NCBI GenBank assembly: GCA_043228905.1
Contig: JBHGNT010000001.1
Location: forward strand, 17,980,001-18,044,000
DNA length: 64,000 bases
Source: Azolla caroliniana
Lineage: Eukaryota; Plantae; Polypodiophyta
Reading direction: 5' to 3'
Part shown: in pieces, positions 47,858-58,897 of the stretch
How the letters are laid out: each line of letters begins with the position of its first letter
How positions within the stretch are numbered: the first letter of the stretch is position 1
Translations under genes and position numbers: made by a program
Notes under the pieces: model-generated
The model's input: the letters and a program-made list of their open reading frames with translations, nothing else
Told to the model about the DNA's origin: nothing
Databases searched by the model: none

Positions 47858-50800
47858 ATGTCATATGAAGAGGAGACACCGGTCAGTTGTAAGCGCCCTC
47901 GTACAAGGTCAGTTACGAAGGCAGTGCAGGAAGCGTTCATTGCGCAAGAACAGCCGGAATCAAGCACAAAGTGGTCGAAACTTCCTGACTTATCCGATCA
48001 ATTACCTTCAGACGAAAAACAGACGGAAGAGGTATCGTTTTACGACATTTGGGACGATATGCCTTATACTTATTCTAAGTTCCGGGAAGGAACAGATGCG
48101 GAAGCACATGTTAGGGATTTCTTAACGACATGGGAGATTAACCATGGAGCTCAGCGATTGTCGGCAGATGCCGAAGATAAGTCAAAAATCGCTGAGTTCG
48201 TCTTATCATTAGACGGATATTCCGCCAATTGGTTTGCGCAGAACGGTCTTCAAGGATTTCCATCCTTTGAAGTGTTAACTAGTAAATTTTTACAATTATT
48301 TCATCAACAAATTCCGCAGAAGGATTTGATTGCGCAATTTTATGTGTTATATCAAGAAAAAAATGAAACAGTATCTCAGTTTGTGATACGATTTTAGAAC
48401 TTACAGCTTCAGATTTCAAGGCCGATTCCGGATAATGAATTAAAAGAAGTCTTTCTAGAAGCTGTAAAAGAACCATTAAGGACGACATTGAAAGTGTTCG
48501 ATTTTCGAAATCAGACTATCGAACAAGTAATTGATAAAGCAATAGAAATGGGTCGACCACCGGTCAATGTTCAGAGTATGGACATGTCGGCATTACACCG
48601 TACATTACCAACAATAGAGGAGTTACAATTTCGACAAGCAGTTCAATGCACCACTTGTTTAAATACGGGGCATTCGGCAATTGAATGTACGTTAAGAACA
48701 CATTGTACAATATGTCATTCAAAATTACATTCAGTAGAACAATGTGAATATAATCTGCTTAATAAAACTACGGCGTCAGTACGACAAATTTTTATTGACA
48801 ATGGTTACCAAAATAACACTAATCTGTTCAATGGTTATCAAAATAATAATTTTTCACAAAATCAGCAAAATGTACAACAAAATCCGGTTCTACAGCCAAA
48901 TCAGATCTTTTCACAACAAAATATGCAACCCACTCAAGTGACTCAAGCATTTCAACCAGGATTTGCTCAATCCAACCCACCATTCGTACAGAATCCGAAT
49001 CAATATTTTCAACAAAATAATCAAAGTTTCCAACAAGGTAACCCACCATTTCAAGGGTTTCAATAGAACTGTCCGAATGTGCAACCGAATTCTGCATTTC
49101 AACCAAATCCGGCATTTCAACCGGGTAATATGACCTTTCAACATAATACTCAAACCGTTCCACAAAATAATCAAATGTTTCAACAGAATAATTTTCCGCC
49201 AAATCAGGAGTTTGGGATAACACAAAATGTAGCACAACCAAATGATAATACCGAACAATTTAGGCAGAATCGGTATAAAAATAAGAGATTTTACAAACCA
49301 AAAGCTACACGTCAATACCAACAAAACCCGAGTGGTAATGAAGAGCAGCAATTTAATAACGGCCAATTTGCACATGGAGAGACCGGTGGAACATTCGTAC
49401 CCACTTGTTATATTTGTCAACAACTAGGCCATTATGCTAATCAATGTCCGGTTAAAGGAAAGGGTCTAGCAGTTAATATGGTAATACCGGAAGTTCAGCA
49501 AGTAACGACACGCAGCAAAAGCAAACAATCAGAGTGGGAAATTCAGGAAGAAGTTCGGAAGGCGGCAAAAGAATGGGTTGACGAAGCAAATCAAAGTAAT
49601 GTGAATCGAATGTTACAAGACAATAACATTGACCAGAACATCGCTGTACAACAGTCATTGGGGAATAAGGAACAGGAAGAAACTTGGAAACTGTTGGCTG
49701 ATTGCCAAGTGTCATTGCCACTTACGGGCTTACTTAAGTTAGTACCAAGGTTTACAGAAAAAGTGGCAGCATTAATTGCATATAAAGGTTCCGAACAAAT
49801 AGCAGTACACTACAATCAGCCAAGTAATAACCCTTCGATCATGGATGAACAGAATCCGTCGATTAAGGTAATACTTTACGGGCAAGAAATCGGAAATGTG
49901 ATTATAGATGGAGGCTCGGGAGTTAATGTGATTAACAAAGCTACATGTGAAAAACTAGGAATCACGGAATGGGAAGCATGTCCGTTTTGGTTACGAATGG
50001 CAGATACAAGTACGGTACGACCGATTGGTTTGCTTCGACAACTGGATGTAATAATCGGGGGACACAGTTTTCAGATTTCGGCAGTAATTTTGCAGTTAGA
50101 AACGCAGGGAGCATACCCCTTGTTATTGGGGAGACCATGGTTAAAGACAGCTAATATCAAACAAAATTGGAAACAAAATGTGCTAACATTTAGGAAAGGA
50201 AAAACTAAGGTCAGGATTCCGACGCACAACAAAGTGATAACAAGCAAACAGAGTTTACCTGTACATGCAGAAGCAGTTAATATGATGGAAGGATTGGACG
50301 AGGAAGAAGAAAGTCATTATTTCAATGATAATCAGAAAATCATCCCTCTATTTGAGGTAGATATTTTGCAAGCATTAACACCATATGTAGACTCACACGA
50401 AGAAGTGCCAATAGATGAGCAAACAATGAAAGAAATACGAATGCAACAAGAAGCTACAGATAAGGAAATGAAGGTATCGCAGAGAGTGCAAGCCTCAGCA
50501 TTGGAGGAGATCGATTTGGCAGGAGTAGAGGATGGTGAAAGAAAAACAGTCTTGATTGCTAGAGATTTGGCAGAAAATGACAAACGGACATTAACAACAT
50601 TACTATTACAATATAAAGATATTTTTGCATGGTCGTTTGACGATATGAAAGGTCTGGATCCCGCTTTTTGTTAACATCAAATCAATTTGCATAAAGATGC
50701 AAAGCCAGTACAACAACGCAGGTACAGGTTGAATCCGAATTATGCTATCAAAGTAAAAGAAGAAATTGATAAACTCTTAAAAGTAGGATTTATTCGACCC

Positions 50801-53350
50801 GTCAAAAAATCAACATGGCTGAGTCCGATAGTAGTAGTCCCGAAAAAGAATGGGAAAATTCGCGTATGTGTGGATTACAGAAAATTGAATGCAGCGACAA
50901 TTACGGATGCGTTTCCGTTGCCATTCACAAATGGGATATTAGATGCAGTAGCTGGACATGAAATTTATAGTTTCTTGGATGGGTTCAGTGGGTACAACCA
51001 AGTACGGATGAATCCGGAAGATCAGGAAAAGACAGCTTTTGTCATAGAATGGGGTGTCTTTGTGGCAGTAGTAATGATGTTCGGTTTAAAAACAACTCCA
51101 GCTACATTTCAGCGGGTAATACAGGAAATATTCGGGGAATATATTCCAGCTTTCATGCAGGTGTTTTTAGATGATTTTGTGGTATATAGTCGGAAAGCTG
51201 ATCATTTTGAGCATTTACGGCTATGTTTAGAAAAATGTCGAAAAGGGCGTCTTAGCTTAAATCCAGCCAAATGCGCATTCGGAGTAATGAGTGGTACGTT
51301 ACTTGGGCATATTGTCAGTCAAGAAGGGATTGCAGTGGACCCAGACAAAGTTAAAGCAATTATTGAGGCAACACCACCAACAAATGCTAAAGCTCTAAGT
51401 AGATTTTTGGGTCAAATTCGGTGGCACAGTAGAATGATGAGATATCTAGCAGACATTGCTATTCCGTTACACACAGCAGTACACAAAGTTCCTTTTATAT
51501 GGACAAGTATAGAACAAGATGCATACGAATGTCTCAAGAAGATGCTGACAAAGGTTCCGGTAGTTCAACCACTGGACTGGAACAAACCATTTCATGTTTT
51601 TGTCGATGCGTCGGACATTGCCATAGGCAGTGCTTTAATGCAATTATCCGAACCAAACTGGTATAGGCCGGTATACTATGCCAGTAGGAAACTTTCGTCG
51701 GCCGAAAGAAACTATTCAACAACCGAAAGAGAAGCTTTGGGAATGATATATAGTGTGAACAAATTTCGACATTACCTTTTGGGTAAGAAATTTACATTTC
51801 ATGTGGATCATTCGGCTCTACTGTATCTAGTTTCCAAACAAGAATTGACAGGCAAGTTAGCCAGATGGACGTTATTGCTTCAAGAGTTTGAATTCGACAT
51901 TATACATCGACCAGGAGCACAGCACGCGATTGCTGACTATCTCAGTCGGCTTGAATCTGGAGAAGAAGCGGTTGGTGTTAAAGATGATTTTCCAGATACT
52001 CAATTATTTCGGGTTGAGGCAGTAAAAGCACAAGAAATGAACGAGGAAAAAGAGGATGAATGGATTTCCGAAATGACGATATTTCTATCAACAGGAATTC
52101 CGGCCGAACACATGTCGACAGATGAAAGAAAAAGAATTGCAGTACGAAGTCGAAATTTTTGTTTATTTAATGACATGTTGTATCATAAAGGAGCGGATGG
52201 AATATGGCGAAGGGCAGTACGGAAATTTGAAAAATTAGCCATATTAACAAAGTCACATTGTGGAATTGCTGGCGGTCATTACGCAGGAGAAGCAACAGCC
52301 AGAAAAATATGGAATAGCGGGTTATGGTGGCCAACGGTGATGAAAGATGCTAACGAATACTGTAAGAAATGCGATTTGTGTCAAAGAATGGGGCAACCGA
52401 CCGAAAAGGATAGAATGCCTTTTCAACCGGTTTTACCTCTTGAGCCATTTCAGAAATGGGGCTTAGATTTTGTTGGCCCATTCAAACCAGCAGCTGCAAG
52501 AACCGGTAATCGATATATCATAATTGCGACTGACTATTGCACAAAATGGGTTGAAGCAAAAGCTCTCAGAGACAATACAGCAGCATCCACAGCAAAATTC
52601 CTGTATGAAAATATATGGTGTCGATTCGGTTGCCCAATAGAATTGGTAAGCGATCAAGGCACTCATTTTATTAACAAGTTAATTCACGAATTAACTAATT
52701 ATTATGCCGTAGTTCATAAGAAAAGTACGCCTTACTATCCCCAAGCTAATGGATTGGCAGAATCGACAAATAAAACAATTTAAACAATTTTAAAGAAGAT
52801 AGTGAATGAAAATCGTACTGATTGGGATCAAAAGTTAAATAGTGCATTATGGGCATATCGTACTTCGTACAAAACATCCATTAAATCAACACCTTTCCGA
52901 ATGGCATTCAGACTTGAAGCCGTTATGCAGATCGAATTCCAAATTCCGACACTTCGTATCCAAGCGACGAATAAGTTAAATGAAATAGAATCGGAGCAGA
53001 TACGCAAAGAGGCTTTATTAGTATTAGAAGAAGAAAGGATTCAATCAATGTCAGCACTAGAACACAAGCAGAGACAAATCAAGGCATTCGTAAATCGACA
53101 TCGAAGGAAATCGGAAGAGCAATTCGAAATTGGGAAACCGGTATTGGTATTCCAGACGAAAATGGGACTTATGCCTGGGAAACTCCGGTATAGATGGACA
53201 GGTCCAGTATGGATAATTAATAGTAAAAATGGTACGTATCAACTGGGATCATTAACCGGAGAGGTTTTACCGAAATGGGTAAATGGATTCCGGCTTAAAC
53301 CGTATTTGGGAGATATGCCGGTAAACCCGTTTATTCAAACGGAAGAGTAA
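47858..53350 (+). pseudogene. Gypsy-I single-frame gag-pol (CA, CCHC knuckles, PR, RT, RNaseH, INT) with four premature stops
   Basis: Five listed ORFs share one frame; motifs IIDGGSGVN, FLDD, VDAS, HCGIAGGH..CDLC, GLDF, SDQG, WTGP. Confidence 0.92.
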
Positions 53351-53748
53351 AAAAAAAAAAAAAACTAACTAACTCACTCAATAGTTCTTGTCAAATGAAG
53401 AAATAGAATCTTGCCATAACAGTCTGAATCGACTATAAATAGAAAGAGGAATTGCATGAGTATTAGTAAGTGGTACAACCACTACACGTAGAGTTAATAC
53501 TAATTAATTCCTACATTAATAGCAATTACTATTCTTTAGTCATAATGCATAAGTTAATATCTTTAAAGCATATTTCTGTATCTTCTGTGTCGCCAAAGCA
53601 ACAGAAACGAGTGCAGATCTCGAAACATTCTGAGCCTTCGTGCCCTGACTCGCCCAAACTCTGTTTTTCTGATTTTCATCGCTACAGAAGCTGTGCAGAT
53701 CTCCAACCGTCATCGTCAAGTGATTCAGAACAAGCAAACACAGAAGTC

Positions 53749-56217
53749 ATGCCGATTCCTGTGTCTGAAGAACTGCGACTGTGGCTTTATGAGAGAAACT
53801 TACAAGGTTTCATCAAAGTAGCAGAAGCGGAACCTCATCCGCAGGCGGAAGAATTGGTACAACAATTAGACATCACCAAGGTCACCACAAAGAAAATACG
53901 AAATGCATTACAGATGCCAAGAGGAGGCTTTGAGGCAGTTAAAAAACCTTCATCAAAAGCACTCCAATCGTATTTCGGGGAATACTCACCCTCGGCAAAA
54001 GCATATCAGACTTATGGAGGTCGGGATGAGTTTTTCCATGAAGTGACTAGATTTTTACTAGAGGTGGGATTTGTCAGTCCCCGGTTTTATTGTATGCCGA
54101 AAAAAAGGGCTGGGTTTATCATAGCCGCATACGAAAAGGAGGATTTCAACTGGCCACTATTGTCGGGGGAAGCTCTGAGAGAGCAGCTACAAGGGGTAAA
54201 AACAGGAAAACCAATGAAGCAAATTTTTGGTCGTTGGCTATCGGTATTGTTTCCGATTCAAGAATCGGAAACTCCTATTCAGTCAAGAAGACCACCGATA
54301 GTACAAGCACCGTGAAGACACCGACAGGTAGTACATGAAGAATGGATAGAGGAAGAATCGGCACATGCCGATAATATACAAACGGATATGCCTCAGTCGG
54401 AACCACCAAGACCAGAGAATTCCGAAAACAGGCAACCAGCAGCCTAACAAGAAACAGTTGACCATTTGATAAACAAGCAGCAGCCGACAGAAAATCGACA
54501 ACAAGCAGAGAAGATGCGACAAAGGACAAGGGTTAAACAAAAGGCTAATCGGCAATTCCAACCAGAAAACAGTGATGGGTCAGCACCGAAAAGGCAACGC
54601 ACAAAGGAAAGTTCGAATACGCCTGTAGTAGCAGAAGTAATAAAACCAGGGAATGAGAGCGTTTCAACACAACCTCAACAAGGACAATCTTCAAAAGTAG
54701 CAATTCGGGAAGCACATGGGTACTTGGATATTCCACCAGCAGCACATGAATTAGCTGCCATTTTACAGTTCGGAACTTCATACGAACTGGTTGAATGGTT
54801 GGCTAAAAGATTGACAGAAGTATCAGAACGGCTGGCTCAAGAACATAATGACCGAATAATGATACAGAAAGCCTTACGAGGAGTGTTGGAACCTCAAGAA
54901 AAAGCAGAGATAGAGAAAATCGGCCGGAAAAGAAATGCACAGAATAGAGGAGAGGCTATTGAAATGCCACCATTACATGAAGCACTGGTCGAAATTCATA
55001 AAGAATATGAAACGACACGCAAAGCAGCCAGTGATATGGCTGAAAGATACAAAAGTGTATCAGCATCGGCGGAGGTGCTGAAACATCAGTTTTGTAACAT
55101 ACAGGCAGAAAATAAAGAACTAAAAGAAAGTCTAAACAAATGGGAAACGCAGGCACGGCCTATGGCGTCGGAGTCAGAATGGCAGCAGAAATTGGAGGAC
55201 GCTGAAAAAGCACGTCAAGCAGAAACAACAAGGGCCAACAATGCTGTATTTCAAACTACAGAATTAGAAAAACAAATAGAAACCATTCAGAATGGCCAAT
55301 ACAAAGTTCTCGAAGAAAAAAATCAATTAATAAACGAATTACAGAAAAATCTAGAAGAAGCTAAGACGGCCAATCATACATATACCGAACAAATTGAGGA
55401 ATTCGAAAGGTATATAGTGTCACAGGAAAGTCAATTGACAGAAAAAGAGCAGAGTCTTGAAGAAGTCAACAGAAGAATTACGGAACAACAGGAGGAATGG
55501 AGCAAAGAGAAATCGGCATTCGAACAACAACTGAACGAAATTCGGAAGATATCGGAACAAAGGCGGCTGGACATATATATAGTCGAATCCAAACTAATGC
55601 GAGCTGAAAGTGAAAACCGAGCCACTATTACGGATTTACGGAAAGAGTTGCAAACCGCTCAATACGTCGCAAGCATCACTAAGGACAAAGTGCAACACAT
55701 CATAGGGAAACATCGAAACCTAGCAAAGAAAATGATCGATGAATCCCTTGCGCAAGGATGGAAGTTATGGACGGCACAAGCGGCGGAATTACAGTTATTG
55801 AGTGCCGACAAAAATAACCGTCAGGTCCAAGGTGCAGGTTTTTTTAAAATGGCACAAAAGGATATTGACAATATCCAAGAGGATATCATGAAAGATATGG
55901 ACGAAATTGCGGCATTTTATAGAGAAGAAATTCAACGTATTATGCAAGAATTCGACAAAAATGATATAGGCACTTCCGTCCAGTTGGATAAAATCGAAGC
56001 CGAAAGAACCAGCAAGACTCTTGGTCTTCAAGCTCCCGGAAGAAGTAAACCAGAGCAGCCAACCGAATCACAACATTCAAAACCTGCTCCGAATGACGAC
56101 TGTGACACAGATGAAGATGAAGATGAAGAGGAAGATATAGATGGAATACATCCAAGGCCAGAAGAGCCTTCGATTTTTGATATTCTGAACGATTCGGATG
56201 AAGAGCTACAGGAATAG
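53749..56217 (+). pseudogene. Gypsy-I ORF3 (about 820 aa; globular N-terminus, long coiled coil, acidic tail) with two premature stops
   Basis: 53470-54315 and 54466-56217 are in the same frame; homologous to Gypsy-H ORF3. Confidence 0.8.
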
Positions 56218-56219
56218 GC

Positions 56220-56259
56220 GTGGGTTCGCTGGACAAGGTCCTGGCCCACGGACGTGCCA
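56220..56259 (+). other. tRNA-3'-half mimic in place of the PPT (Gypsy-I)
   Basis: GTGGGTTCGCTGGACAAGGTCCTGGCCCACGGACGTGCCA, then AG, then LTR start TGTTAC. Confidence 0.78.
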
Positions 56260-58232
56260 AGTGTTACCCGGACCCGGACAGTCAGTTTTACCGAACAAGT
56301 GGGAAAGTGTCGAAAACGGAGTCGGTTCAGATCGACTGTTCGGATCAATGACTCAGCAGTGAACAAAGAGAACTAAGTTAGTTAGATAATTTTGTAATTC
56401 TTGATAGTAAGTAGGAATAGTTCTTGATGAGAAAAGACCTTCGGTATACCTATAAAAGGGAACCGAAGGCATTGTAAGAAAGGTCGTTTATTTAGTAATA
56501 TAAGTTTAAGTTAGGAATATCATGTACGGATTCTGTGTTCTTTCTATTGGCTATGTTGTTAAGTGCAAGCTTCCTAATTTATAACTAAGTAACGATCACG
56601 GTAATTACCGATTAATATAGTATAATTCCGTTCGTAAAACACAATTCCTTGTTAGAACGTTGAGTAGCGACGTTCACTCTTCTGTATCGGTAGTAGTTAG
56701 TAATTAGCCGATTAACAAAATGCGTCGGTAACCATTGCCGCGTTCAATTTCCGGTAATCCACGCAGACAAGGATCTTTCCGTTCTTCTTCGGCACTACGA
56801 CAATTGGACTTAACCAAGTGGCTTTCTTCACCGGCCGGATAAAGCCGACCCGGAGTAGCTTGTCAATTTCCTCTTTTACTCTTGCCGCGTAGTTTGGGTT
56901 CATCTGATAGCGTCGATGTGCAACCGGCTTAACATCCTTGTTGAGATGAATCTAGTGTTGATAGAGTTGGCGGCCAAGTCCCCACATATCTTCGTAGGAC
57001 TAGGTGAATACGTCCCAGAATTCTTTTAATAATGTTATCATTGCAGATTTGTCTTCCGGTGACATCTCCTTGGCCACGTGTACCGGACACACTTCCTCTT
57101 CGATGCCCAAATTTACTTCTTCTAGTTGGGACTCCTTTACTCGTTGGGATACCGCCATTTCCCGTTCGAAGGCCTCCTGTGCTTGCCGCAGTTCCCGGAG
57201 TGCATCCTTATCCGGTTCCTCCCGGGCCTCTTCCGTTTGCAGAATGTATAGAGATACCGCTTTTGCCACGTCCACTTTGAACAGAGGGTCTATCCTTGGG
57301 TTCTCTTCAAGGTAGCGATCCACCTCCTCATCAGCCACTCCTGCCAGCATGTTCACACTTTCGGCATATAGTGGGGTTACGTCTTTGCCGGGGCCAGCTT
57401 GCGGTTGCGTGGGTACTCTTACTTTTGTTTTCCCTCTTCGGAACGTAATATTGTTTTTCTACCAGTTCTGTTTGATATGGGCAATCCTCAGCTATGGTCG
57501 TCCTAGCAACAGTGGGTATGCCCCTTGAGCGTTCAACTGGAGAACTACCGCAAAAATTTGGAAAGCATGACCTCTGATCGTCACCTCGAAGTCTCGGATC
57601 AAGCCAGTCGGTCGAACTGAGCTGGTGTCCGCCATCCGGAGCCAGAATGGGCATGGTTCCCACTCCTGAATTCCCAAAGTGTCACATGTCTGGAGGCTTA
57701 TCATGTTTACTCCTGATCCGCAATCGACTATCGTACCTGATAGCTCCCGTCCTTTAATAATCGCAGTGATTGCAGGACTGTTGGTGTCCACCACTAACGG
57801 TCCTTCCTCCGGATTTGAAAAGAATGCCGGAGCTATCGCCGATTTCAACCCGTCGGTGAATTGGAGCACTAGTTGCAGTAACCGGCCCAGTGGTAACATG
57901 ATTTGGCATTCCTGAAGTGCTTGCCACGTGGGGTTCTCCGACTGTGCCTTTACGGTGAGTTCCTCCACTACATTTGTGTGCTCTTTCATTTCGGTGACAT
58001 TGCATTCGTTGGCCTTTTAAATCCATTCAAGGGTCTGTTTCCGTATGGCCTCCTATGCTTCCCACTCCGCCGTCTTTCCTTTTGATCTATTGGTGACTTG
58101 CTGTATATCCGCTACTTCTACTACCACCATATTGATTGCCGACTGTTTTTCGTTCCTTTTAACCGGACATTGGTTGCTGTAATGGCCCTCCTGGCGGCAA
58201 TAGTAACAATACACCTTCCGGGTATTGCTAGA

Positions 58233-58625
58233 TGTTGAGTGACAAGCTCAACATTGGGCGAGTAACACGGTGCGTAAAATAGTACGCATAACGTGGCCGT
58301 ATCGGTGCTTAAACCGTAAGGCCGTCAGAATGATATTCCTTGTAAGGAATAGTTTTGGGAGTAAGTGTAGTAGGCTCATTTATGAGCAGTCAAGTACTAT
58401 CAGTACTTGTGTCAGCCTGATTTCAGGGCATGTATAAGAAGTGCCTACTGAGCACGAAATATGTACAGAGTGTTATTATTTTGAAATAGAATAGAGTTGT
58501 CTGCTCTCTCTCAGTCTCTCCCTCTCCCTCTCCATCTTTGCGTTTTCTGTGTTTTACCAAACTGTCGTTCTCTGAACTGTATACTTTGTGTTTCGCATAC
58601 GCTTTCGCACACGCATTCTTTTACA
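58233..58625 (+). mobile_element. Solo LTR of the Copia-10 family inside Gypsy-H gag, TSD CTAGA
   Basis: TGTTGAG...TTTTACA; CTAGA at 58228-58232 and 58626-58630. Confidence 0.9.
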
Positions 58626-58783
58626 CTAGATTCTGCTTTTGGTTCGGTACCTTGTTGAAATCCAGTTATTGCTCGGTTAGGTTCTTCTATTCTTCTTTGT
58701 TCCGGTTGGGCGCTATTTATGCCTCTATCCGGATCTCATTGGTACTCCTTTGACGGCTCTTGACGATCCTCTTCTCATTGGTA

Positions 58784-58897
58784 ACCCAGTGCGTAAACCG
58801 GGTGCGTAAAACAATATGCATAACGTGGCCGTATCGGTGCATAAACCGAAAGCCCGTAAGAATGATATTCCTCATAAGGAATAGTTTTGGGAGTAAG
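58784..58897 (+). mobile_element. Truncated U3 fragment of a second LTR similar to the solo LTR
   Basis: 58800-58900 aligns with 58268-58368. Confidence 0.7.

Larger units (their letters stand above)
47343..56717 (+). mobile_element. Gypsy-I: full-length non-chromovirus Ty3/gypsy with third ORF; LTRs 47343-47798 and 56262-56717, TSD AAATG
   Basis: Two 456-bp LTRs with 7 differences counted. AAATG at 47338-47342 and 56718-56722. TATAAAA at about 47533; PBS TGGCACGCCCGGT at 47810-47822. Confidence 0.96.
41135..58783 (-). mobile_element. Gypsy-H: degenerate non-chromovirus Ty3/gypsy; 3' LTR 41135-41634, ORF3 about 41690-44483, gag-pol 44817-47342 + 56718-58783; 5' end not in view
   Basis: PR (IVDCGSGVN), RT (FLDD), RNaseH, INT with GPY motif. 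The TDAF|PLPF motif is split by Gypsy-I. Confidence 0.88.

Noticed and set aside
47343-56717. Idea that Gypsy-I is an ordinary element with an inverted interior (antisense PBS being the only PBS)
   Set aside because: No PPT exists on the minus strand beside the other LTR (it reads AAATTTCTTCTG), the TATA box is on the plus strand, and a sense PBS is present.
58233-58897. TRIM-like element with two short LTRs
   Set aside because: The first LTR has its own TSD (solo LTR), and the spacer is Gypsy-H gag sequence.
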